NCBI GenBank assembly: GCA_045636685.1
Contig: JAZTXZ010000065.1
Location: 1 to 56,138 of the forward strand
Length of the DNA: 56,138 bases
DNA from: Candidatus Avispirillum sp.
Lineage (GTDB): Bacteria; Bacillota; Clostridia; Oscillospirales; CAG-272
Reading direction: 5' to 3'
Each line of letters starts with the position of its first letter. The first letter of the stretch is position 1. The notes under the pieces are model-generated. The model was not told the DNA's origin. It did no database searches and saw only the letters and a program-made list of their open reading frames with translations. Below are positions 55,161 through 56,138 of the stretch, one piece after another. The position numbers were made by a program, and so were the translations under genes.

Positions 55161-55424
55161 ATGTTGCTTGTTCAGGTTTGCGTAGGTTCTTCCTGTCACC
55201 TCAAGGGTTCACCTGACATAGTGCAGCTCCTTCAGGAAGCGGTAGAGGAACATCATGTCGAAGATGATGTTGTGCTCTCAGGTAGTTTCTGTATTGGAAA
55301 GTGCAACCGTGTCGGCGTTACTGTTCAGGTAAACGATGATATTCATGTTGGTGTGACAAGAGAGAATTTTAAGGAATTCTTTAAGAAAAATATACTAGAT
55401 GTAATTGAAAACGAAAGGAAGTGA
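55161..55424 (+). CDS. thioredoxin-like [2Fe-2S] ferredoxin, tandem paralogue
   Basis: About 87 aa with the same Cys pattern (CVGSSCHLKG...FCIGKC). The start is 4 nt after the upstream stop. Confidence 0.7.
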   Translation: MLLVQVCVGSSCHLKGSPDIVQLLQEAVEEHHVEDDVVLSGSFCIGKCNRVGVTVQVNDDIHVGVTRENFKEFFKKNILDVIENERK

Positions 55425-55430
55425 TGGGAA

Positions 55431-56138
55431 GTGGCCAACTGCTTGACTTTTAAAAAATCGAATTGCAAAAACTGCTACAAGTGTATTCGTTACTGTCCCG
55501 TTAAATCTATCCGTTTTTCGGGTAACCAGGCGCATATAATCGGAAATGAGTGTATCCTTTGTGGCCAGTGCTTCGTTGTATGTCCTCAAAATGCTAAGGA
55601 AATAGCAAGCGAGCTGGAAAAGGTAAAGGTATTCATTCAGAGCGGCGTTCCCGTTGTAGCAAGTATTGCTCCCTCGTTCGTTGCAAATTATGACGACGTA
55701 GGTATCAATTCCATGCGCGATGCATTGAAGGAGCTTGGCTTCTACGATGCAGAGGAAACTGCTATCGGCGCAACTATGGTCAAGAATGAATATGAGCGTA
55801 TGCTCAGGGAAGAGAACAGAGATATAATCATCACTTCCTGCTGTCATTCTGTAAATCTTCTCATTCAGAAGTATTATCCTTTCGCATTGCCCTATCTTGC
55901 AGATGTTGTTTCTCCCATGCAGGCTCACTGTGCGGATATTAAAAAGCGTATTCCCAATGCGAAAACCGTATTCATAGGTCCCTGTGTTGCTAAAAAGGAC
56001 GAGGCTGAGAATTTCTCAAATTGCGTAGATGCAGTACTCACCTTTGAGGAGCTGACTGCATGGCTTCGAGAGGAAAAGATCCCTCTTCGAGAGGAAAAGG
56101 ATATAACTCCTGAATCCCGCGCAAGATTTTTCCCCACT
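55431..56138 (+). CDS. [FeFe]-hydrogenase-family protein, probably sensory (HydS-like); 5' part only, runs off the window
   Basis: My own translation from GTG 55431 is open to the window end (236 codons). It has two 4Fe-4S ferredoxin motifs (CKNCYKCIRYCP, CILCGQCFVVCP), then H-domain motifs ITSCCHS and GPCVAKKDE. Confidence 0.75.
   Translation, partial: MANCLTFKKSNCKNCYKCIRYCPVKSIRFSGNQAHIIGNECILCGQCFVVCPQNAKEIASELEKVKVFIQSGVPVVASIAPSFVANYDDVGINSMRDALKELGFYDAEETAIGATMVKNEYERMLREENRDIIITSCCHSVNLLIQKYYPFALPYLADVVSPMQAHCADIKKRIPNAKTVFIGPCVAKKDEAENFSNCVDAVLTFEELTAWLREEKIPLREEKDITPESRARFFPT

Noticed and set aside
1-56138. Prophage, transposon, integron, CRISPR-Cas, toxin-antitoxin or restriction-modification content.
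   Set aside because: No integrase, transposase, recombinase, cas gene, methyltransferase or small paired TA-like ORFs were recognisable in any frame. No tRNA or rRNA genes were seen either.

Overview
This 56-kb window looks like chromosomal DNA from a Clostridia-type Firmicute. A dockerin-bearing secreted protein, GH35/GH36 glycosidases and a Rex / sensory [FeFe]-hydrogenase cluster suggest a Ruminococcus-like fibre degrader, but that is inference and no search was run. Most of the window is ordinary. It holds rpsF-ssb-rpsR, a blaI/blaR1-like pair, a translationally coupled operon (two membrane proteins, M20 peptidase, GNAT), GH36 and GH35 genes, an enoate-reductase-like flavoprotein followed by split aconitase X, and a two-component system. 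It also holds nadE, a 5'-nucleotidase, a glycine-riboswitch-controlled alanine/glycine symporter, a MarR plus heterodimeric ABC exporter operon divergent from a TetB(P)-like GTPase, and MFS and MOP-type transporters. The main finding is an 11.7-kb, terminator-bracketed four-gene operon (30.87-42.61 kb). It encodes an extracytoplasmic vWA/MIDAS membrane protein, a 1229-aa protein with a tubulin/FtsZ GTPase signature, a two-TM protein, and a 1364-aa polytopic protein with a Cys4 zinc ribbon and a C-terminal HEMTH zincin motif. I do not recognise this as a characterised system. Secondary leads are listed here. (1) An ORF-free 0.86-kb locus with a promoter and tandem terminators, a candidate ~600-nt ncRNA. 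(2) A GTGAAAT-plus-hairpin array between metabolic genes. (3) A terminator-containing orphan leader upstream of a MOP-type transporter. (4) Phased repeats upstream of rex. No tRNA, rRNA, CRISPR array, transposase or integrase was seen. All calls come from reading the ORF translations and sequence by eye, so coordinates of RNA and regulatory elements are approximate.
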